Assembly (NCBI RefSeq): GCF_006345805.1
Contig: NC_043012.1
Coordinates: 20,770,001-20,834,000, forward strand
Direction of reading: 5' to 3'
DNA from: Octopus sinensis
Lineage: Eukaryota
Length of the DNA stretch: 64,000 nt
Both the position numbers and the translations under genes were made by a program. Positions within the stretch are counted from its first letter, which is position 1. Every line of letters starts with the position of its first letter. The notes below the pieces were generated by a model. That model was not told the origin of the DNA. It saw nothing but the letters and a program-made list of their open reading frames with translations, and made no database searches. This document shows, piece after piece, positions 40,223 through 52,914 of the stretch.

Positions 40223-40457
40223 TATTTCTTTACTACCCACAAGGGGCTAAACCCACAGAGGAGACAAACAAGGACCGACAAACGGATTATGTCGATTATA
40301 TCGACCCCAGTGTGTAACTGGTACTTATTTAATCGACCCCGAAGGGATGAAAGGCAAATTTGACCTCGGCGGAATTTGAACTCAGAACGTAGCGGCAGAC
40401 GAAATACCGCTAATCATTCCGCCCGGCGTGCTAACGTTTCTGCCAGTTCACCGCCTC
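40223..40457 (-). mobile_element. tRNA-derived SINE family B, full length and young
   Basis: Minus strand AGGCGGTGAACTGGCAGAAACGTTAGCACGCCGGGCG...GAGTTCAAATTCCGCC. Perfect 12-bp TSD TATAATACAGCC at 40211-40222 and 40458-40469. Confidence 0.9.
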
Positions 40458-42775
40458 TATAATACAGCCGTCTGGAAACTGGCGTATCATCTCATATGGC
40501 TTACATTTGTCAGTAAAAGTCTTTTACAATACAAGTGTAAATGAAACCGCCCATAATTCCAGATTTCTTCAATCTGCCTGAATTCTCCTAAGTTCGTCTT
40601 TAGCCTGTAGACGTGAGCGAAAGAACAGTGCATCAGCAACAGAGAAATGTTTTATTTGAAATATGGATAAGCTATGGATGATCGTTTAGGGAATACATGC
40701 GCTTAGTATTATGGTGTTCTGAGTTCGATCCTACTGTTCCATACATTTAAAAATTGCCTTCTCTTATAACCTTATAATCTTTTAAATGAAACTTAGTAAA
40801 TTTAAGGACTTTATTTTGTTTGACAACGAAAATGGTGTTTTTATATTAATGTGATGAAATTGTTCCAACATGAAATTTAATGTGTTATAAGCGCACCATG
40901 AACATACATGCATGGATGAATAGTAAGATATGAAATAGCGGGACTAATTGGTTCGCTTGTCGCACTCACGATCGCGAGAGCGTGGTTGAAAATTTAGGAC
41001 CAATCGATGCGTTGCTCTCGTCAGCCTTACACTTCATTACAGCTGCCCACTCATGTTTATACGAGTTTCAACATAGCTGGCGATTTAACCCCGACACCGA
41101 CGCTCTCGGTATCGTTCGCGGGCAGGTGCCGTTCAAAACTTAATCATTTATATATTATGGAAATCGGGAGAGCCCTAAGCATTCACCCCATTATGGCTCT
41201 GGACACGAATGCCAGCTTTTCATGAAAAAGATGTCAAATATAAGTTGGTCCAATATATTTCAAATCGGTATTGTTTGTGTTCATTAATGACTGACAATGT
41301 TTCGCTAATTCTGTAGGGTTTTGTCTCACATGCTTTCTAAAGGTGTTAATAATGTGGCCTAATGTATTTTGAAGGAGCTTTCTAGGGGTCCTATTTAAAT
41401 TCGAATGTTGTCATGAAGGGAAATTTAAGCGCGGGAGATTAATACTTTCAATTGTTATATTTTTCTTCAAAGAAGAAAGCAGTATGAATACTTCATTTTA
41501 ATGTCGAGATTTTTTATATTTATGTAAGATTAACTGTTGGTGTTCATGTTTATGATGGAAGAACCAAATATCTTGCTACAAGACCAACTAATTTTAAGTT
41601 CTCTACTAAACAAAAGTATAATACTGTGAGTGATTTGCCGTGGAATAGAAAGAAAATCAGATTTATAAATGCCTAGTTCTGCACGTGCAATTAAACCAAA
41701 GAATATATCTCTTCACATTTTATGTCGCGCGTCACTTGTATTATTAATGTTTCTGAAGGAAAACATGTTTATAAAACTGACCTAACGTAAAACAACCAGA
41801 AAGTCCAGTTAAGAGAGGCTTGACCCAATTTAAGGAAAAAAGTATTCTACAAATATTGACTGCTAGGTTTCTTAGAAATTTAGAGGGAATGATTAGACGT
41901 TGTGCTAAAATTGGATATTTCAGTCGTATCTTCTTTAATTAGTATCAATATAGCATCGAAAAGGCTACATACACATACTTAAGAACTGACGGTTATCCTT
42001 AATCTAATAAAGTTTTGTATGTATCTATAAGTTTTTTCTAAAGTTATAATTTTTCATTAATATGTAATACAGTTAAACCTCCAACGTGCTGCTACCTCTA
42101 TCTACCTCTATACAAGGTAGATAATCTGCTTTAACTAAAATATAAAAATAACGTAATTACCAGAAAAATTTTAGGGACACTAAAATATTCTACCTTTCTC
42201 CGTTTCAATAATTAATAATTTATATTTAATATAGATATTGAACAAACAACCTCTCCTGTACGCTGTAGTTGTCTGCGACTAATAAAGTCTAATGAATAAT
42301 TTAAACAAATATTTCATTTATTTTACACTTTCAGAGAAGAGAAAAAAATAGATTAAAACCGCAGCGCAGAAACAAAATTTCTATTGTTTGTATGATTGCT
42401 TCTGAGAGGACGCGGTGTCATGAAATGTATCCTACAGCCACACTCTTCATTTATATAAATGATAGAAAGATTTTCGGATTCTGGTCACAAGCTTTCATAT
42501 AGTTTCGCCAATAGAAGCAACTCGTTAAGATTGGGTGCGGCTGTTTGAATGCCTTATGATTTGGCACGGCTGATCGGTCATTCAACCTGCTTTGACGCTG
42601 GAGGCAAATACCTCGTGCACACTCACGCAATAATGAATTCATATACATAATGTGTGAGAGAGAAAAGAGGGAAACAGACATTACACATACATACAAATAT
42701 AAATAGAAGCTGACACGCATAAACAGTGAGAGAGAGACAGAGGGAGAGTGAGTGAGATAGAGATAGATATATCGC

Positions 42776-42862
<87 letters not shown>

Positions 42863-43433
42863 TAGGAAAGACACATTAAAACAAGTGAAACATCAAAACG
42901 TCTGTTGTGAAATGAGCCAGAATCGGACCAGATATTCTAAAACGGTTGTGCCAAAACGTAGCAATAGAAGCAGCTCAATGCGATACTGGTATCCGGCTAT
43001 GATGTTTATTTGTTTCTGTAGTACATTGAGCCTTCCCAGTAAATTGTATGGTATGAATTCGACGACTCATTTTTACATTATTGTTATGACTCACTTCAGT
43101 TTTCCATCTAGTTTAAAATGGGGTTTTCTACTTGAAGTGCTAATGCAAAATAGATTAAATGTTTATTTTATTATAAGGAAAAAAAAAAGAAAAGCATTCT
43201 AACGGCTTCCTCATTTTTCAAATTAAATTTCATAATGCCTTACATAAATATCCTCAAAGAAAAATTTAATTACACATCTATCTTTGCCGGGATGAAGGAG
43301 AAAAATAACTTCGCTTGTTTTCAAGCAGAATTTAATTAGGTACATACGTCTATAAAGGCATATACGCACACGCAAATACACACACACACTTACATGTACA
43401 CATCTCTCTATCCCCCTCTCTCTCTCTCATTCA

Positions 43434-43520
<87 letters not shown>

Positions 43521-43882
43521 TATATATATATAATATATATATATATATTCATATATATATATATATATATATATATTATGTATGTATGTATACACATGCA
43601 CGTATACACACACTCTGAAAAACAGGGATGTCTATGTTCGCAATGGTGTTGTTCCAAGAACAGATATGGCTCCCATTTACGTTCTAGTAAAGTCCCTTTA
43701 TGTCGAGATCGATTTTTAAAGGGACATATTGCACTTTTCTTGAGAAATCGATGAAATCAATAATAGGCAAACTACAGTGTGGCATATATTCGCCTGTATC
43801 TTTGAGACACTCCTTATTACATAATGATAGAAAATAATAAATATAAAAGAAAATAACATCTTTTTATTAAAATTATTAAAAA

Positions 43883-44302
43883 TGGCGCAGGTGTGGCTGT
43901 GTGTTTTAAATTGTTTGTTTCCCAACTACAAAATTCCTGGTTCAGTACCACTGCGTTAATTATGGACAAGTGTCTTCGACTATGTCCTCGGACCGACTAA
44001 AATGTGGTAGAGGGAAATAGAAAGAAGCATGTATGTGTGTGTGACGGTGTGTGTGTGTGTGTGTATGTGTGTGTAAGTATGTGTGTATGTATGTAAGTGG
44101 GTGTCCTTGTGTCTGTGTTGGTGTTCAAATCGTTGTTGGTGTGAATACGCCCATTGATCTTAGCAGTTCGTCAAAAGAGACCGATAGAACAAATACTAGG
44201 TTTAAAAACTTAATAAGTACTGGTGTCGAATCATTCAACTACAATTCTTGAAGATGGTGCCCCAGCATGGTCGCTGTCTAATGACTAAAACAAATAAAAA
44301 GA
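43883..44302 (+). mobile_element. Degraded SINE family D
   Basis: GGCGCAGGTGTGGCTGTG head, internal (TG)n and tail CCAGCATGGTCGCTGTCTAATGACTAAAAC. Confidence 0.75.
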
Positions 44303-44450
44303 TCCTAATTTTCATATGTTTGTTTAATAAATGCTACGTGAGTCATTAATATATAAACTTAGTTTGAAATAAAGGAATAGGTCAAAAATACATCTCCTTT
44401 TACGTATACTGAAGGAGGAACAGAGACTCCACAGACAACTCCACAGACAA

Positions 44451-46021
44451 TTTTTTATCACAGTAGTTTTATATTCTATAATTTTCACAGACAATAAATA
44501 CGATAATATTTGTTATTGCCTGAGATTTTGGTGTCATTTGAGAGGATAATACAAAAGTTATGGATGTTTTAGTGATTTACTGCAAAACCCATGGCGACAA
44601 AAATGATCAGAACGAGTGCTTTTACTCTGTGTTTTAGTATATTTAACCGGCGAACTCTAATGTTTTGAATTTGTTTACGTGACGGCTCGTTTACTAAACA
44701 TTAGTAAGAATATTTGCAGTGTACTTTGTTAATATAATGCCACTTACTCCGTTACCAATTCGTCAGCAGATTATTAAGCTTCGAAGGAAGGATAATTTAA
44801 GTATTGGATCTATTACAAAGATTGTTAACAAGTCAAAAAGTGTTGTACACTGTATTATTAAGATCTACGATGATTGTGGTTCGTGTGAAGCAAGAGAGTT
44901 TACAGGTAGGCCAAGAAAAACGACTAAGAGAGAAGATCGTGCTATGGTAAAGTTGGTTAAAAAGGACAGATTTAAAACTGCTGCTGCTGTTTCTCGGAAA
45001 ATGAGCATTGTATTGAAGAAAACTTTATCTCGAAAAACTGTGTCTCGTCGTTTAGTAGAACATGACTTACAAGCAAGAGCACCTGCAGTGAAGCCACTGA
45101 TCAGCTCCGAGAATAAAAAGTGTCGTCTTACCTTTGCAACCAAACATGTGCTGTGGTCTCAAGAAAAATGGCAAACTGTGCATTCCAGTGATGAATCTAA
45201 GTTTATGTTATTTGGCTCAGATGGGAAAAGGTACGTTCGTAGAAAAGTAGGTGAAAAATTGTCGCCTAAATGCCTTAAGACTAGTGTTAAATTCGGTAGA
45301 GGAAGTGTCATGGTTTGGGGGATGATATCTGGAGATGGTGTGAGCCCTTTGGTGCGATTACATGGAAAGGTAATGCAGGAGTTTATAAACAACTTGTAAA
45401 AGATCATGTCTTGCCTGTGCTGAGAAATTCAACTAAGCGACCACCCATATTCATGCAGGACAATGCCCCATGTCACAAGGCTAAGTGGTCATGAACTTCC
45501 TCAAGGCTGAAAAGGTTATTGTTATGGATTGGCCTGCTCAAAGCCCAGATCTCAATCCTATTGAAAATGTATGGAATATTCTAGGAGAACGTTCGAAAGC
45601 CAGAAATCCTAAAACAACTGAGCAATTATGGAATGCCCTTCAGGAAGAATGGAACAAGATAACCCAGCAAGAAATTGAAAATTTAATTTCCTCATGCAGT
45701 TGAAGATGTCAGAGTGTGATTGAAGCTAAAGAGCTTCACTCTAAATATTAAATAATTCCAGTATTCTCTGTCATTTTTTATTATTTTGTTATTTTTTCAA
45801 CCGCTCTGATCATTTTGGCCGCCATCGGTTTTGCAGTAAATCACTAAATCATCCATAACTTTAGTATTATACTCTCAAATTACACCAAAATCTCAGACAA
45901 TAACAATTAATATTGTATTTATTGTCTGTGAAAATTATAGAATACAAAGTTACTTTGATAAAAACTTATACTTACTTTTCTGACGAAAACAATGCCGTTC
46001 TGAACATTTTGGCCGCAACTG
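44451..46021 (+). mobile_element. Tc1-family DNA transposon with long IR/DR termini; outer part of left TIR missing
   Basis: Right TIR 45802-46021 ends CAACTG followed by TA. Left TIR 44451-44614 matches only its inner ~165 bp. The direct repeat CTGA(T/A)CATTTTGGCCGC occurs at both ends of the right TIR. Confidence 0.92.
44737..45751 (+). pseudogene. Tc1 DD34E transposase, disrupted
   Basis: Paired-like HTH and GRPRK, then SDESKF, VMVWG, FMQDNAPCH and WPAQSPDLNPIENVW. Spacing is D-34-E once two 1-nt deletions (~45371 and ~45486) are restored. Premature TGA at 45701-45703; natural stop at 45749-45751. Confidence 0.93.
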
Positions 46022-46039
46022 TATATATATGTATGTGTG

Positions 46040-46230
46040 TGTGTCTGTGTTTGTCCCCGATGTTGGTGTGTTTACGTCCCCGTAACTTAGCGGTTCGGCA
46101 AAAGAGACCGACAGAATAAGTACTAGGCTTACAAAGAATAAGTCCTGGAGTCGATTCGTTCGACTAAAAGGCGGTGATCCAGCATGGCCACAGTCAAATG
46201 GCTGAAACAAGTAAAAGAGTAAAGAGTATA
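46040..46230 (+). mobile_element. SINE family D, 3' half
   Basis: TTTACGTCCCCGTAACTTAGCGGTTCGGCAAAAGAGACCGA...CAGTCAAATGGCTGAAACAAGTAAAAGAG. Confidence 0.85.
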
Positions 46231-46710
46231 CATATAAATATGTAAAAAGATTTAAATATAGAAATATATGTTTTTATATTTTTACATATTTTTATATATA
46301 TTTTTTATATATTTTAAGCTTTATATATTTTTATATATTTTTTTCTGTACATTACCTTTTACCCTGTATCTTTGTGCATGTGCGTATAGGGACGTGTATA
46401 TGACCATAATTGTGCGCGTATGGGTATATATACGTGTGTGTGTGTGTGTGTGTGCATGTGTGCGGGTATGTATATGTGTACATGTGTATGGATGCATATA
46501 CATGTATACATATCGGTGTATGTATCGGTGTGCATGTATGTGTTTCATGCGAGTGAGCATATGCATATATGCACATGTACGTGGATGTGCATTCGCGCAT
46601 GTTTATGTAGGTACATGTGTGCATACACAGATTCTACGAGCGTGGCTTTACCTTCAAGTATTTCTACTTTCTCCGTATTCGGGTAATTTCCCTATATTTA
46701 ATGTTTGTCT

Positions 46711-46773
46711 TAATAACTGACGAGATACCGGAGCAGACTTCCACCCCGACATCCGAAACTCTGAGTTTTGTTA
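46711..46773 (+). ncRNA. Type I hammerhead ribozyme, intact core, GUU triplet
   Basis: Helix I UAAUAA/UUGUUA. CUGACGA at 46717-46723. Stem II GAU-ac-CGG...CCG-ac-AUC plus one extra C. GAAA at 46755-46758. Helix III ACUC-U-GAGU, with U17 at 46767. Confidence 0.75.
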
Positions 46774-46807
46774 TGGCAACCGTCTAACTGTCACATATGT
46801 ATGTAGG

Positions 46808-46838
<31 letters not shown>

Positions 46839-46904
46839 TATATATTATATATATATATAACAGAAAAAATGAAGTCGAAAGAAGATTTTTACAAAATTCC
46901 TTAA

Positions 46905-46979
46905 CTCTCAACACTTGTTTCGAAGACTGCATACTCTTAATTCCGAAGGGTGCATTATGCCGTCTTCTCATTAGGAAAG
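46905..46979 (-). ncRNA. Type I hammerhead with a G5A core variant (probably inactive)
   Basis: Minus strand CUUUC-CUAAUGA-GAAGAC..GUCUUC-GAAAC-AAGU-GUU-GAGAG. Confidence 0.7.
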
Positions 46980-47624
46980 ACAAGGAACCTCTATCAGCCT
47001 CAAGACGAACAAAAACTTTTTGATTACTGCCTACATGGTGTCCACAGTGATAATAAGTGTTTTTTTTTAAAACCGTTATAAGCAATGACGTCAAAATTGG
47101 TTAGAATGAGGTTTTAATAATTAGTTTCACATATACACCACTGCCATAGCCAAATTCTTTCTAACTACTCCGTTATATGAAACAGTACTACTAGATATCA
47201 TTGGAGCATGTTTATCTCTTTCTCTGCACCTCTCCCTCTGTCTTTCTCTCTCTATATATATATATATCATACGCACAATCAAACACACAGACACAAATTT
47301 GTCACCTCACTACTAAATATATTTGACAATTGTCCCCCCCCCACACAATTACACACACACAGAGACACAAATGCAGTTATATACACACACTCACACCCAC
47401 ACATAAACAAACTCATTAACAAAAGCAAACACCCGCACATCCCCATACATACAGCATACATACTGTCCCCTTCCTCCTTTTTTTAGAACTCCCTCCTTCC
47501 AACCAATTTTGACGTCATTGCTTATAACGGTTTTTTTAAAAAAACACTCATTATCACTGTGGACACCATGTAGGCAGTCATCAAAATGTTTTTGTTCGTC
47601 TTGAGGCTGATAGAGGTTCCTTGT

Positions 47625-47707
47625 CTTTCCTGATGAGAAGACGACATAATGCACCCTTTATTCCTTCGGAATTAAGAGTATGCAGTCTTCGAAACATGAG
47701 TTGAGAG
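47625..47707 (+). ncRNA. Type I hammerhead ribozyme, intact core, GUU triplet
   Basis: CUUUC-CUGAUGA (47630-47636)-GAAGAC...GUCUUC-GAAAC-AUGA-GU-U (47702)-GAGAG. Confidence 0.8.
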
Positions 47708-47904
47708 TAAAGGAATTTTGTTAAAATCTTCGTTCGACTCCATTCTTTCATTTATTCATATAAAAAAAAACACACAAATTTCCACACAAGAACACGGGGT
47801 TTCTGCCCTTGGCATGTAGCTTCAACCGTGTTTTCTGACGTGAATTTGCTACCCAGGTATCGATTAACCGAATTATCCATACTAGGATAATTCATTCACC
47901 TACT

Positions 47905-47950
<46 letters not shown>

Positions 47951-48000
47951 CATATATATACATATATATATTATATATATATACACATATATACATATAT

Positions 48001-48571
48001 ATCAAAATATCGTGTACATTAAAATACATTAAGAGGCTTCCATCATAGGAACGCCTTGCGCTAGAAAGAGCAGTAAACAACTCAAACCACTAATTAGGGA
48101 TAAATTTTCGAAGGAAAGGAAATTAAAAAGATTTACCATCTAATTTAGTTCCTAGACTATGGTTTCTGACTTATTTCAGTAAAAAAAGATTTACTGAGGC
48201 CAGTCTTCATCAGTAGGTAGCCTTTAGATTTCAAATATACACACAATGAGATTGATTCCGCATGTAAACTCATTATTTGTACATTCTAACTTTTCAAACC
48301 CAAGGCACAGACTATTTCCGGCAACAGGGAGGATGCCGGTAAAAACCTCGAATAAATTTATCAAAAATCATTTAAACATAAGTAATATTAGGGTAATAAG
48401 AATTATAGAAATTTTTCTTACCAGTGGCCCAGCGCAAAAAAATAGTCAATGGACTATATATTATTCATATCAATATATCGTTTACATTAAAGCACATTAA
48501 GAGGCTTCCATCATAGGATAGTCTTGCGCTAGAAAGAGCAGTTAACAACTCAAACCACTAATTAGGGATAA
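48001..48571. repeat. 103-bp direct repeats (48001-48103 and 48469-48571), 468-bp period
   Basis: 8 mismatches in 103 bp. The whole unit lies between two (TA)n tracts. Confidence 0.9.
48151..48217 (-). ncRNA. Type I hammerhead ribozyme, GUC triplet
   Basis: Minus strand CCUA-CUGAUGA-A-GACU-ggcc-UCAGUAAA-ucuuuu-UUUACUGA-aaua-AGUC-A-GAAAC-CAUA-GUC-UAGG. There is an A.A apposition at the base of stem II. Confidence 0.75.
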
Positions 48572-48576
48572 TATTA

Positions 48577-48632
<56 letters not shown>

Positions 48633-48667
48633 TATATACATATATGTGTATGTGTGTGTGTATATAT

Positions 48668-49062
48668 ACTCTTTTACTCTTTTACTCTTTTACTTGTTTC
48701 AGTCATTTGACTGCGGCCATGCTGGAGCACCGCCTTTAGTCGAGCAAATCGACCCCGGGACTTATTCTTTGTAAGCCCAGTACTTATTCTATCGGTCTCT
48801 TTTGCCGAACCGCTAAGTGACGGGGACGTAAACACACCAGCATCGGTTGTCAAGCGATTTGGGGGGGACAAACACAGACACACAAACACACATATACATA
48901 TATACGACGGGCTTCTTTCAGTTTCCGTCTACCAAATCCACTCACAAGGCATTGGTCGGCCCGGGGCTGTAGCAGAAGACACTTGCCCAAGATGCCACGC
49001 AGTGAGACTGAACCCAGAACCATGTGGTTGGTTAGCAAGCTACTTACCACACAGCCACTCCT
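48668..49062 (-). mobile_element. tRNA-derived SINE family D, full length (CORE-like CTTGGGCAAGT segment)
   Basis: Minus strand AGGAGTGGCTGTGTGGTAAG...GGGTTCAGTCTCAC...TCTTGGGCAAGTGTCTTC, an internal microsatellite and an (AAAAGAGT)n tail. Confidence 0.92.
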
Positions 49063-49084
49063 ATATATATATATATATATATAT

Positions 49085-49246
49085 ATACACGGATCGAAAC
49101 ATTTTGATTCGATTCGAGTTTCAAACCGCGATGCTAGTTCTCAGCCCTTGAAAATTAAAGTTTAAATTTCAAATGGCGCAGGATAAGCAACACGCTGTGA
49201 AACTCGGAGAGCCAAGGAATTTGAATCAAACTGTTTTGATCCATAC
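49085..49246. repeat. Degenerate inverted-repeat element (MITE-like)
   Basis: GGATCGAAACATTTTGATTCGA pairs with TTGAATCAAACTGTTTTGATCC, and CGAGTTTCA pairs with TGAAACTCG. Confidence 0.5.
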
Positions 49247-50316
49247 ATGATAGGTTTTGATCCATGAAAAATAGATTCTATTTCGTCACGTGTCAGCGAC
49301 AAGAGAGTCGAGGACGAAAAGGAGTGAGAGAGAGGGAACGGTGAAGATGAGAGAAAGGACGAAGAACAAGAGAGGGAGAGAGATAGACAGAGAAGAGGTA
49401 GTAAAAATAGAAGAGTGCGCATCGTAATTATTATGATAAAACTTACTTGGAAAAGGATGCGTGGCGTTCGATAATATAATATATGCACGTATGTATGTAT
49501 GTATGTATGTATGTATGTATGTATGTATGTATGTATGTATGTATGTATGTATGTATGTATGTATGTATGTATGTATGTGTATACATATTTACATATGTAT
49601 CCACTCATCGAAATAGAAATTGAATGTATTGAGGGGGAGTGGCATGACTCCTCGTCAGAAAAAGAAAAGAGGAAAGGTCCGGAGAGGGGGAAAAGAATAG
49701 TCAAAGAAACTTGTACTAAGTACTGTACGAATAAATTCCTTAATATTGGGAAACTTTCATATTCATTTGAGGCAATTCAAAACTAAACCGCTACAACAAT
49801 TGATAATGAATCGCAAAATGCTGAGATAGTAATTTAAAATGAATCGATATGTATTTTTTGTAATTTATATCGAATTATCATATTCATAAAACACCCAAGA
49901 TTTATATATTGCAGCTTTTTTTTTAAAACTTTAACCATGAATTTTACTGCCGGTCAGCAATATCGATAATTCTATACGTAAAAAGTATTATCTGCTCTGC
50001 AAATAAATTGAGATTGCGCTGCAAACACACGTGTATTATTAACCCTTGAATGCAGAAAATATCAACCTATAGTATATATATTAGCTAAACTATTTTCGCA
50101 ATCATTTCAAATTAACTTCCCTCCTTCTAGGGGATAGTTAGCAAATACCGCTAGGAGGCTGTTTTCTGTCTCCCCCACAACGTATGTAATATACGTCACC
50201 TTTTATAATAATTATCTAAATTTATGCTATTACCTCACTCCTTAATCTATCTCGTTTATCTCTCATTGTCTCTCTCCCTTTCACTCTTAAATGTATTGAC
50301 ACATAACAACATGGAT

Positions 50317-50351
<35 letters not shown>

Positions 50352-51122
50352 CAGACAGACATACGGATATATACATATATCGTTATCCCATATATAAAAT
50401 TTCCCTTTTATTAATATTAGTTTCAATGATTTACATACACATTGGGTTTTATAACGGAATCGTTAGACGTGTTCACCATAATTAAGATATTTGTCATTCA
50501 GAGAAAGTTTTGTTCAAAGATAATTACGATGCAATTTCATTTTCTTGTCTATTTTTATATTCTCGTATTTATACATTAACAGAGAGGAAGATAAAATCCT
50601 TTATAGTTACTTATATGTAAATATATGATATACATTTCATCTTTGTCCTATTTGATCTGGAATTTAAATATGAATATATATGCTCATGAGTTGGTAAGAA
50701 TACGTACTCATATATACATGCATGAATACATATGCGTGTGTATGTGTGTGTGTGCAAAGAGAGAGAGAAAGGAAAGCGAAGAAAAGAGAGTGTGGGTGAG
50801 AGAGCGACCATACACACGCATGTTCATTACGATCATGTGATTGTATCTCTTACATGTCTACAGGGATACGTGCACTCACACCAACGTTCATCTCCCGTTA
50901 GAAATAGACGCAAACGGGTACTAGTCACACGGCAGCTATTCACATGTGCGTATGTGTTTGCCGTCCGATAATGATCCCGAATAGAATGGTAATATATAAC
51001 CCTAACAAGCTATTGTCGAATATCTCCACTGGGGCGTAATATGTAGATCTAAAGAATATTCAATTCAATTCAATATGTAGATTAATGCAAATAATTGGCA
51101 ATGAAATATCTATCTATCTATA

Positions 51123-51193
<71 letters not shown>

Positions 51194-51632
51194 ATACATA
51201 CACACATATATATATAAAGAACTGATACCACCGGAACATTTTTGACGAAAATAATCTATTCATATATGCTAAAAATCTGAATGTGTGTATGTATGTATTT
51301 GTATGTTTGAAACAGGTTTTGGCGTATATGCTTTCATCGTAATACCGCTGCTTGCATATGTTGTTGAATGGTCTTGATTAGATTTGTAGCTAAGTTGCAT
51401 AATTGCAATTATCTGATAATTTGAAGTTCGATATATTGCTTAAATAGAACAACATAATCATCAGATTCGTGAGATCAAATGTAATGCTTTTTAATTATAT
51501 GTATTTTTTTTTACATATTCTTTATAATAGTTCTGATAAAAGTTCAAAAACACGTCATATTTGATTGCTTTCGAAATACTTCCTCGTTTTCATACATACA
51601 TATACATATATATATTGGCACACGTTACACAG

Positions 51633-51668
<36 letters not shown>

Positions 51669-51833
51669 CTGTGTGTGTGTATACATAAGTATACATATGT
51701 ATGTATCTGTGTGTGTGTATACATAAGTATATATATATATATAGAGAGAGAGAGAGATAGATAGATAGATAGATAGATAGATGGATAGATAGGTAGGTAG
51801 GTAGGTAGATAGATAGATAGATAGATAGATAGG

Positions 51834-51881
<48 letters not shown>

Positions 51882-52279
51882 GAGATAGATAGATAGATAG
51901 ATAGATATGTTGATATACATATATACATATACGTACACACAGAGACACAGACACACACGCACACATACATGAAGTCCTATTTCAAATTCTTTGAAAATGT
52001 TATAGAAGCGTAGTTACGTAGATGTTACTCCTAAACCGTGAATTACGTACTTCGTTGTCTCGTGCTCTGTTCAGTATAAAGAGAAATTTAAATTATTCAT
52101 ACTTCGGAATAACTGATGCAAGCGTTTTCTTCTCGAATTAAACACAACGCTGCGCAAACATCTGGCTTTATTATCCATGTAGTGCAGTTTATAAAATAAT
52201 GCTAAACCTTGTAGTGGTTTCGATTCGCGGCCCGATTTCATGTTTTGATTTATCCCTTTCCAGGTGCTCTTAACCACAC

Positions 52280-52670
52280 CCTTAAACGAGTGTGGTTAAA
52301 GATTCGTTTTGCAACCGCCTGGTTTCACGTTCAGCCTCCACTGCGAGGCACTTTACACAGGTGTCTTCTACTCTAGGTCCCAGTCGATGAAACACTTATC
52401 AGTGTATCTGATAGACGGAAACTGTGTGGAAGATTGTAATACATATATATACATATGCATGTGTTTTTGTGCGTTCCACAAACTACTTGGCGGCCGTTAT
52501 GGCTTTGTTTGCGACCCCATTAATTAGCAGCTCAGCAAAAATAAACGAAGCGACAGAATAATTATCATACTTCTAGAAAACAAGTTCTGGGTTCGATGTG
52601 TTTAACAAAACCTTCCAATGCGTTTTCCCAGTTTGGTCACAGTCCAATGACTGAAATAAGTAAAAGATAA
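52280..52670 (+). mobile_element. Degraded SINE family D
   Basis: CCACTGCGAGGCAC..GTGTCTTCTAC..GACGGAAACTG and tail CAGTCCAATGACTGAAATAAGTAAAAGA. Confidence 0.7.
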
Positions 52671-52914
52671 AGAGAATCCTTCGTATTTCGTTATGGTTCA
52701 TTTAATCGATTTTATTAGTCAAAATTCCAAAATTTTTAACTACTTGTTTTCTCCCTGATGTCTTTTGGAAGCAAAATCCCGCGATAAACGAGGATAACTG
52801 TATAAATGTATTACTACAAGCAATATCCACGATATTACGCTATGTGTCTCCGAGAGGAAACGACCCATGGAGAAAAGAACCAAGAACTAAGTCAGTAATG
52901 ATGGAAGAGAAGAT

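Larger units (their letters stand above)
46863..47749. repeat. Inverted repeat (arms 46863-47111 and 47492-47749) around a 380-bp spacer
   Basis: Manual alignment gives roughly 92-93% identity with one 8-nt indel. Confidence 0.93.

Noticed and set aside
49625-49660. Minus-strand CUGACGA-GGAGU-caugcc-ACUCC
   Set aside because: Stem II is good but it is followed by CCCUC instead of GAAA. At most a truncated remnant.
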